Part shown: piece after piece, positions 1 to 13,298 of the stretch
Layout of the letters: every line of letters starts with the position of its first letter
Numbering within the stretch: the stretch's first letter is position 1
Source of the DNA: Octopus vulgaris
Taxonomy: Eukaryota
Direction of reading: 5' to 3'
NCBI GenBank assembly: GCA_951406725.2
Contig: OX597815.1
Location: 182,962,001 to 183,026,000 of the forward strand
Length of the DNA: 64,000 nt
Program-made: the position numbers and the translations under genes
Notes under the pieces: generated by a model
What the model was told of the DNA's origin: nothing
Seen by the model: only the letters and a program-made list of their open reading frames with translations
Databases searched by the model: none

Positions 1-1423
1 CTTTTGTTGAGTAACTGCTTAATTCTTATCCCTTCGGATCATAGTTCTCTGAAGCTAGCCTCCTTCTCAAGCTTCCGTGCTTTCTGTAGAAAATAAACTT
101 GTGAAATTTCAAGATGTCCATACATATCATTGTTAGTGCTCAATATCCTAGAAGAATACATACAAGCGTCACGTTTCGAATTAGAATTGCGAAATGCCTA
201 CAAGAAAGAAAGGAAATGAGGTTTTTAACCTAAATACAGTCTCTGTCATCAGAAAAGGAGTCGAAACCAGCAATCCGTATCTATTTTAATAGAGAAAGGA
301 GAAATGAAGAGCGCTATTCATTTTCTCAAACTCAAGCTAAAATTCCATTGGAAATTTGGACTGAATCTAAAGTAATCGAACAACGAGCAACCACATAAAT
401 ACAAACCTACGATTTGGGGAAGAACTGCAATCGATTATATTGTCTTTAATACGTGAATAAGATAAAAGGCAAAGCTGAAATTGGTAAAATTTGAACTAAG
501 AGCGTAAAAAGACTTAGGAGTACATTGTAAGGTGTTTTGCCCTCCGCTGTGTCAAATTGACTGTCTTAAAACAAATAAAATAGCTACTTGTGCACATTTG
601 AAATACATTTTCTATTGAGAAAACTGTTGAATTCATTTTCACAGCTATCAGCAATTTCATTTAGACAATTGAAAAACAGCTTCGTATATTAACACTTACA
701 ATTGCTTTTCTAATCATAATATATTTTATATTCCCTCAAGGTTCTATATCTGATGTTTATAGAGTGTAAAATTACTGTGCAATTTTTAACGCTTTCATTA
801 TTTTTCTTCTTCACCTTCTTTCTAATTGTTCTGCATTCTTTCCTGGGATTTCAGAGAGAGAGAAGACAAGAGAAATGAAAGAAGGAAGAACTTACATTTA
901 TGCAGTGCTATATTTCCGTTTTCTGCATCCTCTTCAGCAAATTCGTTTTAATCTTCATCATCAAATTCTTCTTCTTCTTGTCGTTGTTGTTATTGTTATC
1001 ATTATTACTTTAATAGAATTATAATCGATTTCTTTCGAGTTCATTATTCTTTCTTAACTTTCTATTTGTTACTTACTCTTGATAATTATAAAATAAGAAT
1101 AAATTTTCAAATATATTCTTATACTACATAATTATTGAGGAATACGAAACAAAAACAGCATCCATTCACAGACACACAGACACATAAACACATACACATA
1201 TATACACAACAACGAGTAGCTGAAAATTGTTCTTTCTTTCTTTTTATTTTGACATTCCTGAATAACTTTAAAATTTACTTGGTGAATGATAATTTAATAA
1301 ATCAGTTTAGCTTTCATATCCTTAAATGGTGGCGTTAAATTGTTTTATAAGATTGTAATTTTATGTATTCCAATATTTTCGCTTCAACCACCCCATCTCT
1401 ATCTCTCTCCCTCTCTGTCTCTC

Positions 1424-1473
<50 letters not shown>

Positions 1474-1744
1474 CCTTTCTCTCTCTCTCTCTCTCTCTGT
1501 CAATTGATTAATCTCTGTATTGCTTATTCGACATACTTCTCGTTCTCAATATATTTTCATACATGTATGCACATACTGTTGTATTTAGTCATTAAACTGT
1601 TGCAGCAAACGATGAGTATCTCCAAATAAGAAAGAACGTATCCATCACTGGAATTTAAACAACATGAAACAGCTTGGTGGCAAAGCTGGGTTTCTGAGAG
1701 CTTTTCATGCTCCGCTTTAATACATATTTATACATGTCTACCGT

Positions 1745-2408
1745 ATCTTTTATCTTTTCCTTGTTTCACTCATTTGACTGCAGCCATGCTGGAGCACTTC
1801 CTTAAAGAATTTTTTACTCGAACGAATCAACCACAGTACTGATTTTATTTTCATACCTGGTACTTATTGAATCGGCCTCTTTTGACGAACCACTAAGTTA
1901 CGGAGACGTAAACACCAACACTAGCAGTGAAGCGGTGTTGGAGGACAAACGCAAGACACGCACACATACATATACATATATAAGGCGGGATTCTTTCGGT
2001 TTCCGTCTACTAAATCCACTCACAAGGCTTTGGTCCTCCCGACGCTATAGTATAAGACACTACAGTATAAAAAAGGCGGCGAGCTGGTAGAAACGTTAGC
2101 ACGCCGGGCGAAATTCGTAGCCGTATTTCGTCTGTCGTTACGTTCCGAGTTCAAATTCCGCCGAGGTCGACTTTGCCTTTCATCCTTTCGGGGTCGATAA
2201 ATTAAGTACAAGTTACGCACTGGGGTCGATGTAGTCGACTTAATCCCTTTGTCTGTCCTTGTTTGTCCCCTCTGTGTGTAGCCCCTTGTGGGTAGTAAAG
2301 AAATATATAGTATAAGACATTCGCCCAACATGCCACTCAGTGGAACTGAACGCGGTAACATGTGGCTGAGCAGTAAACTTCTTTCCACACAGCCACGCCT
2401 GCGCCTAT
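1745..2408 (-). mobile_element. tRNA-derived SINE family B (CORE-like, OR2-like), interrupted by a family A SINE
   Basis: Minus-strand head GGCGCAGGCGTGGCTGTGTGG...GGTTCAGTTCCACTG and 3' part ...GCTCCAGCATGGCTGCAGTCAAATGAGTGAAACAAG; homologous copies at 23357, 42428, 57330 and 59851. Confidence 0.85.
2074..2305 (+). mobile_element. tRNA-derived SINE family A (Meta/MESC-like core), full length
   Basis: GGCGGCGAGCTGG head, B-box-like GAGTTCAAATTCC, core GCCTTTCATCCTTTCGGGGTCGATAAATTAAGTAC, tail GCCCCTTGTGGGTAGTAAAGAAAT. TATAGTATAAGACA is duplicated at 2046-2059 and 2306-2319. Confidence 0.92.
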
Positions 2409-2831
2409 GCATTTGATCTTCGTCATTTTATGAAAGATTGAATTTTGCGACGTTCCTTGATTCTGATAGTTCTTGTTGTTGAGTCTTGCCATTCTTTTCG
2501 TAAGACCCAACTTCTCAAACTTAGTGTTGGGTTTTCATTTCCATTTACTAGATGGGGAGTAACCTGCGTATGTACCCCAGTAGTGCAAGTCTTTCGACTG
2601 TCAACAGTTAATCAAACAGATTATCAAACAGGGAAATCGAATAATTAGCTGGTTATTTCGTTATCTAGTTGTCATATAATAATGAAAGAAGTGACATATT
2701 ATCAGTGTATGTGTTTTATAGGAAAACCCACCTTTCCAAATGCAGCTGCTAGCAGTCTTTCTGCCTAGGATTATAGGCTTGTTCTATTTTAAGTAATCCA
2801 AAGAGTTTGCAACATATATCTGATGAGACTA

Positions 2832-4076
2832 ACAGGTCATCCCAGAAATAATGCCCACATTTTAGATAAAGAAAACAAATGATCAAATCTTACATGTTAA
2901 TGAAGTTTAATCGTCAATAGAGTTTCCATGATTATCTATGACATCTTTCCATCTACTCGTAGACTTTTTAATCCCATTACTGAAAAACCCTTTCGGTTTC
3001 GAAGAGGAGAACTCTGAAAGGTAAGTTTCGACTTCCTCAGTCATTTCGAAAGTTACTCTATACAAATGATTCTGTAAACTACTGAACAAACGGTAATTTG
3101 AAGGAACAAGGTCTGGGATATAAGACAGGTGAGCAACTTTCTTCCAGCCAAGTTTTTCGATCTTCTGTGACGTGATTTTTGCAGTGTGGGGTCTTGAATT
3201 GTCCTGATGAAACACCACTCCCTTTTGAGTCACTAAAACAGACCTTTTTTGCTTCAAAGCAGCGTTCGAACGCTCTAATTCCAGACAGCAGATTTGAGCA
3301 TTGGTTGTTGCATTAGTTAGTAGCAACTCGATTCCTTTGCAATCCCACCAAACACAGAGAAGAACATTCTTCGCATGGAGTTCACTTTTCGGATGTGATT
3401 GGGCTTTTTCCCCTTCATCAAATCAGTGTCTACGACTCTTAACATTTTGATAAAAGGCCCACTTTTCATCAACCAACAGTCACCAGTGTCTCCAAAAAGG
3501 GCGAGATGAGTTTACGAGAATGAGGAGAAGAGCGGATGACTTCAGACAAAATCTGGGTTTTGGGATCTTTCCAAGCTGTTCAAGATGGCGGTGATTAGCT
3601 GCATGGCTTGAACGAAGCTTGTTTGCCAATTCTTCAATTTAAACTGCATGATCTCTATCAAGTTCTGCCAAAAGGAGCTTGTCATCAAACTCAGTTGGAT
3701 ATCCTGTTTGGGCCTCATCTTCAACGTTGAAATTTCCACCTCTGAATATTACAAACCATCTTCGGCAAGTTCTTTCATTCAGGCACTCTTCTCCATAAAC
3801 TGAGTGAATATTTCGAGTCGCTTCAGCTGCAGAATTCCTTTTTTAAAACTCATAAAGCATTATGTGCCTCAAATGCTCTTTGGACACTTCCATGTTCGAA
3901 GAGCTATGATTAGTGTAATTTCAACTAGATTATACTGCAAAATAATATTTAAATAATTTAAATCTGTCCGAACATATATGAATATTACTTGATGCCATTA
4001 GACTTTCTAAAATACTGGTAAAGCGTTTATAAATTGAAAATATAGAAGACTGAACATTACTTATGGGATGACCTGA
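2832..4076 (-). mobile_element. mariner (Tc1/mariner, DD34D-type) transposon, decayed transposase 3893-2907
   Basis: TIRs CAGGTCATCCCAGAAATAATG / CATTACTTATGGGATGACCTG, TA on both sides. Transposase fragments MEVSKEHLRHIMLYEFKKG and FHQDNSRPH...YIPDLVPSNYRLF, broken by frameshifts and stops. Confidence 0.93.
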
Positions 4077-4414
4077 TATTACGGACTATGTCACCAAAAT
4101 GTTCTGCCACATGTTCTCGTTTCGCGATCAGGTCAAGACGTTTATCTTGCTTATGTGTTCTATAATAATTGTTGGGGGAAATAATCACGTTAGAGGTGCC
4201 TTTATTAGTTTTTATGCGAACTATACTAAGAAACTTACTGTATGAATTATATAAAGGCATAAGAAATGAAGTTGTTATATCCGCGTTTGCAATGCTACTA
4301 CATACATGTTTCGATATGGATATATATATAAAAGTAGATTTACTCGACGAAAGGCGGTGCTCCAGCATGGCCGCTGTCAAATGACTGAAACAAGTAAAGA
4401 AATAAAAGAGGTAA

Positions 4415-4461
<47 letters not shown>

Positions 4462-4559
4462 TATCGACATATTTTTATAGTAATTTCAGCGATTCTTTTA
4501 CAACATATTCGGCACTCACTCTTTCTCGACATTCATTTTATATTCTTTATATACATATC

Positions 4560-5115
4560 TTCTTTTTTCTCTTCCTTTATTTCTATCTCTCTCAATCTCT
4601 CTCCCTCCCCCCCTCTCTCTCTCTCTCTCTCTCTCTACTGCTCTTTTTTCTTCCCAATCTTTCCAGCTTACTCTCACTTAAACACTTCTTTTATTTCCAA
4701 CTCACATTTTCACCCTTTTCTTCTCTCCTCCATTCTGCTCGTCATTCATGATGCTTCCCCTTTCTTTCTCTCTCCCCTGCTCTATCCCCCCTCTCTTACA
4801 CGCGCTCTCTCCTTTTCACTTCTACTCTCTCTTTCTTATACTGCGACTCTTTCTCTTCTTCCTTTTGACATTATCTCCCCCCCCTCACTCTTACTTTCTC
4901 TCTCCCTATATCTCTCTTTCAGTCTCTCTCTACCTATCTGCTTATCCCCTTTTACCCCCACTCCCTATCTTTTATTTTCATTCCTTTGTATCCATCTACT
5001 ATCTCTTGTCATCTTCCATTCACATCCCTCTATCGTCCTTTCCCTCTCTCTCCCACCTCTCTCTCTCTCCCTCTCTCTTTCCTCTTTCTTTCTCTCCCCC
5101 TCTCTCTTTCCTCTC
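4560..5115. repeat. polypyrimidine CT-rich low-complexity tract
   Basis: Degenerate (CT)n/(CTT)n sequence. Confidence 0.85.
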
Positions 5116-5311
5116 ATCCACTCGAACTAAAAGATGGTTGTCTACGAAATATGATTTTCTCACATTTATTATCGTTCTTACACTTTTTCTTTTAGTTATT
5201 TTAAATACTTGTGTATAGTTTATTTTAAAAATTCAATGAATAATCGTATCTAAAGTGCAAATACATGTCTGCGTATGTATATATGTGTATATGTATGTGT
5301 TTCTCCTCCTC

Positions 5312-5930
<619 letters not shown>

Positions 5931-6930
5931 ATACTGTGAATGTGTGTAACACAGATACGTAAACCATATATAATGTTACATGCATGTATATATTCATATA
6001 TAAAGACACACACACAACCACACGCACACACATACGAGCGTTTGTGTGTACATTGGTGTACATGTATGTTCACATGTGTACATATACTAAGTACACCGAA
6101 CACATCGACGTATATGCACACACTGAACCATACACATACATACACATCTCTATTCATTCTAGTGTGTGTACATATATATATATACCATGTGTAAATGTAA
6201 GCAAGTGCGCATGCATTCCTGTCAGTGTGTACGAGATACATTGTTTAATACTAGTGAGCTAAACATATTGATCCAGCGAATAAAGCCAAGAGCGTGGATA
6301 ACGGAGAGATAGAAATACAAAATATGTATTTTCAAAGAAAAAAAAGTCTATGAGAGGTATGTGGGAAATGTAACATGTTTACTGATTAGTGAAGCACTTT
6401 ATAAACTGCCATCGTATTGAAAACATTTTGTGGGGGAATAATCTAAAACACTTAAGCAAATGTGTATGTGTGTATGTATGTATGTATGTATGTATGTATA
6501 TATGTATGCATGCAAACAGATAGATAGATAGATAGATAGATGGATAGATAGAGAGGAGTATATATGGAGTTGTGTTTATGCATGTGTATGGAATCTAAAC
6601 GTATATATGTGTGTGTGTGTGTATGTATGTATGTATATGTATGAATATATGTATATATATGTATTTATATATAATTTTAAGAGAGGCATCCAAACGAAGA
6701 AAGGCTCAGCCGAATGCAATGTAAAGTTAAACTTTAATTACTTTTTATTAGATACAATGTATGTGCAATGATTGTGAAAGCATTTTCGAATCCTCTATGC
6801 AACTGTCGATCACACACACTTAGACACAGGCACGTGCATGCAGACACACACACACACACACACATACATACATACATACATACATACACACACATACATA
6901 CATACATACATACATACATACATACATACA

Positions 6931-7002
<72 letters not shown>

Positions 7003-7005
<3 letters not shown>

Positions 7006-7250
7006 TTGCTATTATGTTAAACTGTCGCATGTCCAATTTGGCCAAATGCGTTATTTTCGATATTCATTTTTGCTTGCAATAGCCGGTTCTTTCGGTCAAA
7101 CTATCGTATCTCCAGCTGCTTCAGTTGCCAAGATATAAAACATTTTCAAAGTGTAGTACAAAGGTTTTGCTATGGAATGGTGAAACTATTTTTTCGTTTT
7201 CTTCAAAAGCAATGTTTTGAACTTACGACACTTTTGCATAATAGCAACGG
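7003..7250. mobile_element. TA-flanked MITE (Tc1/mariner-type)
   Basis: Imperfect ~34-bp TIRs: TCGTTGCTATTATGTTAAACTGTCGCATGTCCAA vs reverse complement of the end, CCGTTGCTATTATGCAAAAGTGTCGTAAGTTCAA; inserted in (TA)n. Confidence 0.85.
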
Positions 7251-7725
7251 TATATATATATGTGTGTGTGAGCGTGTGTGTGTATGTGTGTGTGCTTTGT
7301 ATATCTGTTTGTGTGCGTAAGTATTTTCATGTATATGTAACCTCACTCAGCGAAGTTTCTCAGTTCCGAAGGACGTCGACTAGAGACTCACCCAGGCTCA
7401 TCTTTGAACAATCAGTGTTATTCCAATCTACCTCACAGTATTTTCGAGTACTTTTTTCATCATATTTCAATTCACACCAAGATTAGATTTGTCTAACACG
7501 TTTCATTGCTATTTGTTCAGGGTTTATTTTCTGAGTTCAAATTCAGCCGAGACCGACTTTGCCTCTTAGCCTTTCGGGGTGATAGAATATGTTCCGGTTG
7601 AGTCCTGGGGTTGAAGTAATCGAAAGCACTCTTCCCAAAAATTTCAGATCTTGTGCCTATACTTGAAAATATAATTATTGTGTTGCCGTAATTAATTTTC
7701 TCTTTGCTTGTGGAATTCTATCATT

Positions 7726-8113
7726 TTATTACCTCCGCCTTAGCGAAGGTGAAAGTTTTGTTTTCAGTCGTGTTTGTTTTTTGCTTGTTTGTTTCTTTGT
7801 TTGCCCAAAAATAGATTATTTCAAGAACCGCTGGATAGATTCGGATGAAACTTTCAGGGATGTTTGGCCTTATAACTAGCACGAACTAATTCGATTTTGG
7901 GACCGATCCGGTACCAGACAAGGATTCTGGATTATTTTTCCGATTTTTTTACTTCATTTTTGAGAGCGGTCGGGTTCATTTTTAGTATTCTCGTTTGTGA
8001 GAGCAGTTGAGTTTATATCAGCTATTCTCATTTTAAAAATCATCTCCGACTAATCGTTGAGAAGACATTGGTGTTGCTTTGGCGAAGGTTTGCGCTCTCT
8101 GAGTGCTCTTATT
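7726..8113 (+). mobile_element. Helentron-associated non-autonomous element (HINE/DINE-1-like)
   Basis: Starts TTATTACCTCCGCC; subterminal inverted repeat GGCGAAGGT at 8081; (GTTT)n near the 5' end; 3' hairpin GCGCTC-TCT-GAGTGC; T-rich flanks. Confidence 0.75.
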
Positions 8114-8149
8114 TTCATTGCATTCTTTCACCTCACTAAGCTCAAACGT

Positions 8150-8670
8150 ATATGCTTTGTTCTTTGACTATAGTGAGTTGCTGGCAACACAGTAATGCGC
8201 TAGCTCCAACATTCGATCCTCAGAAGACGATATATTGGTAAAAAAAAGTCTTCAATTTGGTATCTGCACCTATCCTCATTTATGGTAATGAACGAAAGAG
8301 TACGATCGCGAAAGCATACGGCCAAAATGGGGTTTTTCCGCAGGATCTCTAGAGTGAAGTTACTCAACGGTGTGTCGCTCAGAGTTTGAGTATTTTCTCC
8401 CTGTCAAACTGCTACTTCTATTCATTGACAGGTCAGATCTCCGGGACTACGGACACATGATTAGAATATCGCAGGAAAGAATGGCCAGACGGGTACCTTA
8501 AGCTGAGCCAACCAGCAGATGTAAGGGTAGACCAAGAACGAGATGGTTGGAAATATTTATAAGTTTGTCATCTCATATTTATTTTCGGTCGAGTTGGCTT
8601 CTACGAATTAGTAGGTCTTCATTTCTGGTTTCACATCCACCTCAGGTCGGAATGAATATAAATGCATGAG
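8150..8670 (+). mobile_element. degenerate RTE-clade LINE 3' fragment
   Basis: Remnant ERMARR...RCKGRPRTRWL, the C-terminal GRPxxRW motif of RTE ORFs. Confidence 0.6.
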
Positions 8671-8957
8671 GATTAACCTCGCATTTTAGAAAAAGGAGTT
8701 ATTTTCCGCCTTTGTATCTGGAACATGTTTGGAATTTCATTCCATCTTTTTAAATCAATGCAACGATAGGCCAGTGTATGTAATCTCATGTCCTTTAAAA
8801 TGTTTTTGGTGCTGCTAGAGTTTCTTACACTCCTTTTTCTCGCCACAGAAGCAAATGACACGCTTTTTAATGTTACTTCGTTAGCAAAAAATTATTATTC
8901 TTGAACTTACGTGACAAAGCAAAGCACTTCTGATCAGTTCAGTAGGTCAGTATAATC

Positions 8958-9160
8958 CTTTCTATTATAGGCACAAGGCCTGGCTTTTTGTGGGAAGGAC
9001 AGTCGACTCCAATACTCAACAGACACTAAATTTATCGACCCCGAAAGGATGAAAGGCAAAGTCGACCTCGACAGAATTTGAACTCAGAGCGTAAAGATGG
9101 ACAAAATTCCACTAAGCATTTCACCCGGTGTACTAACGATTCTGCCAGTACACCGCCTTA
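8958..9160 (-). mobile_element. SINE family A, older subfamily
   Basis: Reverse complement of the core: ATCGACCCCGAAAGGATGAAAGGCAAAGTCGACC. Confidence 0.85.
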
Positions 9161-9285
9161 TAGGTGGATATAGTAATAAAAATTGCTTCTATTTTAGGTG
9201 CAAAGCCTGCTATTTTGAGGGAGCAGGAATTCGATACACCAACTTCTTTGCATTACTAATATTTTCTTTGTCGAAAATAAAACTA

Positions 9286-9341
<56 letters not shown>

Positions 9342-9343
<2 letters not shown>

Positions 9344-9868
9344 TCTCTGATGCAGTACAAGGCAGTGACTCTCGTGGCTTCTAATCTTAACTGATTGGAA
9401 GTGTTATCATGTACATTATTTTGTCTTGGTATAAAAGATGGGCTACTGTAAATATTCTGCTCAATACCACATATTTGCTTGTCAGTTGTTTGACCTTAAC
9501 CAGTTGAGCATGTCCCTTAGGGGATGATGATATATGCATCTCTGATCACAAGCAGAAGTAGTGGGGGAGCATCATAGCCATGTGTTGAGAGGGATTCTTT
9601 GGAGTTTGAATAATTCACCTCAGGAAACGTCCTTAAACAACCCTTATTCAGGGATCTTTTGAGTGGGATGGGCTACTCGATCAGAAGAAAATTCTAACTG
9701 GGCCCCACCTGCAAGGTCATGTGCTGTTTATCTTGATATGAGATCACCATGTCGCACACACATGGCTGTGGTGCATGTGCCTGGTGTACCCTTATCAGAC
9801 GGGTAGTTATGATGGCTATACTGGGCTTCGTATATTTTACCCCAGTGCATGCACTGTTCTCTCACTCA
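9342..9868 (+). mobile_element. non-coding interspersed element embedded in (TAA)n, probably a retroposon or LINE 3' UTR
   Basis: Complex ~530-bp block with (AAT)n on both sides, ending CTCTCACTC-AATAATAAT; no convincing ORF. Confidence 0.5.
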
Positions 9869-10019
9869 ATAATAATAATATAGTGTTTCGAATTTTGGCA
9901 GAAGGTCAGCATTTGACTGGTACATCATTTAATTTGTCCAAAATGGATGAAAGGTAAAGTTGATATCGGTGAAATAATAATGGTCATGATCATGCTTATG
10001 ATATATTATTATTATTATC

Positions 10020-10190
10020 TCTTTATCACAGGTTTTGTTGGAGATTTTGGAGCTTTGCATGCGTAGCCCACGGTACCATGCTATTCGTTCTTTTCAACTA
10101 TCTATTACTTTCCTGATTATTCTGCCCGTGCCAAGGAGGCAAACGTTTTTGTAACATTTCTACTGGGCACTCTATTCCAATTTCCTTTAT
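10020..10190 (-). mobile_element. R4/Dong-like non-LTR retrotransposon 3' end
   Basis: Minus strand reads IKEIGIECPVEMLQK..LGTGRIIRKVIDS*, then a short UTR and a (TAA)n tail. Confidence 0.7.
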
Positions 10191-10210
10191 ATTATTATTA
10201 TTATTATTAT

Positions 10211-11680
10211 CAAACAGGGAAACAGATCCCTCGCAGTCAACTATCGCCCAATCTCACTCACCTCCCACATCATTAAAGTGTTTGAAAGAGTGTTAAGATC
10301 AAGGATAGCTGACTTCCTGGAGACCCACAAACTCCTAAATTCAAATCAGCATGGCTTTCGCTGTGGCAGGGACTGTCTAACACAGCTCTTACACCACATT
10401 GAAGATGTACTCAAAGCCTTGGGAACAGGTTCGAACTCTGACGTCATATACCTTGACTTCAGTAAAGCGTTCGACAGGGTAGACCATAACATCCTACTCT
10501 CAAAATTGGCAAATGTTGGAATCCGTGGAAAAGTTCTACACTGGATTCAGTATTTCCTAGCGAATAGAACACAACATGTTGTAGTTGATGGAGTCCACTC
10601 AAACCCAGCAAAAGTCACCAGCGGTGTTCCCCAGGGAACTGTTTTGGGTCCGCTACTCTTCATAATTTATGTAAACGACCTTTCCAGTGTCGTACATCAC
10701 TGATCTATATGCTGTGAGTCCAGTCTGATCTATATGCTGTGAGTCAATGGGCAGACAGAAACAAAATGCAACTGAATGAGGGAAAATTTGAGCTGATGCA
10801 TTTTGGAAGAAATTCCTCACTAAAACAACCATACTCTCTTCCTTCAGGGGAACCGCTCACAGCCTCTAACAATATCAGAGACCTGGGTGTAATTGTTGAT
10901 GACGATCTCAGTTGGAGTGCACACATCAACAAGAAGGTCGATACAGCTCGTAGGATGAGTTCCTGGATCTTAAGAACTTTCCGGTCCAGAGAACAAGGTG
11001 TCATCATACCACTTTTTTCATCCTTTGTACGGCCACACCTTGAATACTGCTGCCCATTGTGGTCTCCTCACACAAGACAAAACATCTCCAGAATTGAGTC
11101 ACCCCAGAGGGCTCTCACTAAACAAATTGAAGGCATGGCTGCTCTCGACTATTGGGATCGCCTTAAAGCCTTGAAACTTTACTCCCTCCAGCGTCGCCGT
11201 GAGCGGTACATCATTTGTACGATGTGGAAAATATACCGCCAACTTTGCCCAAACGACCTAAACATTAGCTTCAAGGTTCATCCGAGACTTGGACCACGGG
11301 CTATACGTCCCCTGCCAAATTCAAGATCACAACATACATGTACACTGCAACATAATTTCTTTTCCTCAACAGGCCCTGCCCTATTTAACATTGTCCCGAG
11401 GAGATCAAAGAGGAAAAGGATCCCATCAACTTCAAACAGAGTCTGGATAGATTCCTTCAAAGAATACCAGATAAGCCACCCATAATTGGATACAACTCAC
11501 TCAACAAGAACTCACTACTTGAACAAAACTGGATACAACTCACCCAACAAGAACTCACTACTTGAACAAAACTTGACTTAAACAGGATTCGAATAATCCT
11601 ATCAGGTGGTGCTATTAAGTTAGACATGGCCTGGACCAATCTCTGGTCGAAACATATCTAAGTTTTATCTAAGTTTCTAA
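10211..11680 (+). mobile_element. 5'-truncated CR1/L2-group LINE; RT pseudogene 10211-11485
   Basis: NYRPISLTS, NQHGFR, YLDFSKAFDRVDH, SGVPQGTVLGPLLF and VRPHLEYC motifs; the FADD/YADD segment is deleted; tail of (ATCTAAGTTT)-like repeats; flanked by (ATT)n. Confidence 0.93.
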
Positions 11681-11681
11681 G

Positions 11682-11714
<33 letters not shown>

Positions 11715-11753
11715 CATTATTATTATTATTATTATTATTACTACTACTACTAC

Positions 11754-11805
<52 letters not shown>

Positions 11806-12056
11806 AATAATATTAATAATAATAATGATAATATAGTTCACTTGATAACAATGGCACACATCAATTTTTTTGTTTGCTTCTAAATCTTCTGGAGGAGTTA
11901 CCGCAATCCTATGAGTATTACCAAAAATGAAGTAGATTGACAAGTTTATTTTTTTAACATGTGGAAGATACATGAGATGTCGATATATCGTTCACTTGAT
12001 AACAATGGCACTCTTCTTTTTTTCTGCTATCATTATTATTATTTTTATTGTTGTTG

Positions 12057-12126
<70 letters not shown>

Positions 12127-12210
12127 GATCATGATCATCATCATTATCATTATTATCATCATCATCATCATCATTATTATTATTATTATTATCATCATCA
12201 TCATCATTAT

Positions 12211-13233
12211 CTAAGACGTCACACAAAATCCAATGTCGTGATTTTGTTCATTGAAGACATTGTGTCTACCGGGGGTTTTTACTACCCGTCACGTCACAAC
12301 AAAGACCTCAGACAGACGGTTCTTTACGCAATATGCATGCTGTTCCAAGTGATGCCGATTTTTATAATACTCCTAGATTGTAGGGTATTTCTAACATTTC
12401 GGGATGTTTCTTCAGGTTGAATCCAATGTTCCAATCACAACAGGGACAACTTTTATGTTTGACTCTTGTAGCTGCCACATCTTGGCAATCTCAATTCCCA
12501 GGTCTCCATAGTCATCAATCTTTTTCTCTTTCTTTCATGATAATATGGCACTGTCACGTCGATCATTAAGCACTCTTGTTTGTATTTCCTGAAGGTTACT
12601 ATATCCGGCCTTCGGTGCTCTCACACCTTGTCTGTCTGGAAGTCAAAAGTCCCAGAGGATTTTTGCCTTCCACTTTCCCGTTCATTACCTTTTCCGGTGT
12701 ATGTTGGTACCAAGCACCCGTTACCTCGTATCCATACTTCCGGTATAATAGTAGGCAGTGAAGGTTTTGGGCTACCTTGTCATGTCTGCGCTTGTACTCT
12801 CTCTGCGCAAGACTTTCACATTGTGAATCACGCTTTCGACCCTCCTCCCACACATTCTGCAGAGGTTCGTTGCACTCGTGTGGTGGTATATATTCCTTTT
12901 CCCCGAGTTGGTATTCAATGCCTGATCCTGGGCAGCAATTATTAGGCTTCAGTCTTCTTTTTTAGGTTATCTTTACTGAGCAACTTCCATGATGCTTCCT
13001 GATCTTTTAACTTGTTAGTTTCACAGTGGAACTGACCAAGCAATTCCATGCGGAGTAGAGTTTCTTCTCTCTCGTTGTCTATTCGTGATCAGAATTCATG
13101 AGAACTGTCAAGTCTATTTTTGGTAAATCCTTCTGCATTAGCAGCATACTATAACAGGTCTTGTTTGCAGTTTACCAAATATTCTGCCATGTTTCTTCTT
13201 TCACTGTTGATATACTCCCGTACGCTAACGAGA
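12211..13233 (-). mobile_element. R4/Dong-like (restriction-like endonuclease) LINE fragment
   Basis: CESLAQREYKRRHDKVAQNLH..KYGYEVTGAWYQHTPEKV and EKIDDYGDLGIEIAKMWQ..IKVVPVVIGTLG remnants; bounded by (ATT)/(ATC)n. Confidence 0.85.
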
Positions 13234-13248
13234 GTATTATTATTATCA

Positions 13249-13297
<49 letters not shown>

Positions 13298-13298
<1 letters not shown>

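Noticed and set aside
2819-2850. CTGATGA-GAC TAACAG GTC resembling a hammerhead core
   Set aside because: GAAA does not follow helix II; the sequence is the junction of flank and mariner TIR.
4306-5218. 274-aa hydrophobic ORF
   Set aside because: Derived from (GTA)n and CT-rich low-complexity DNA.
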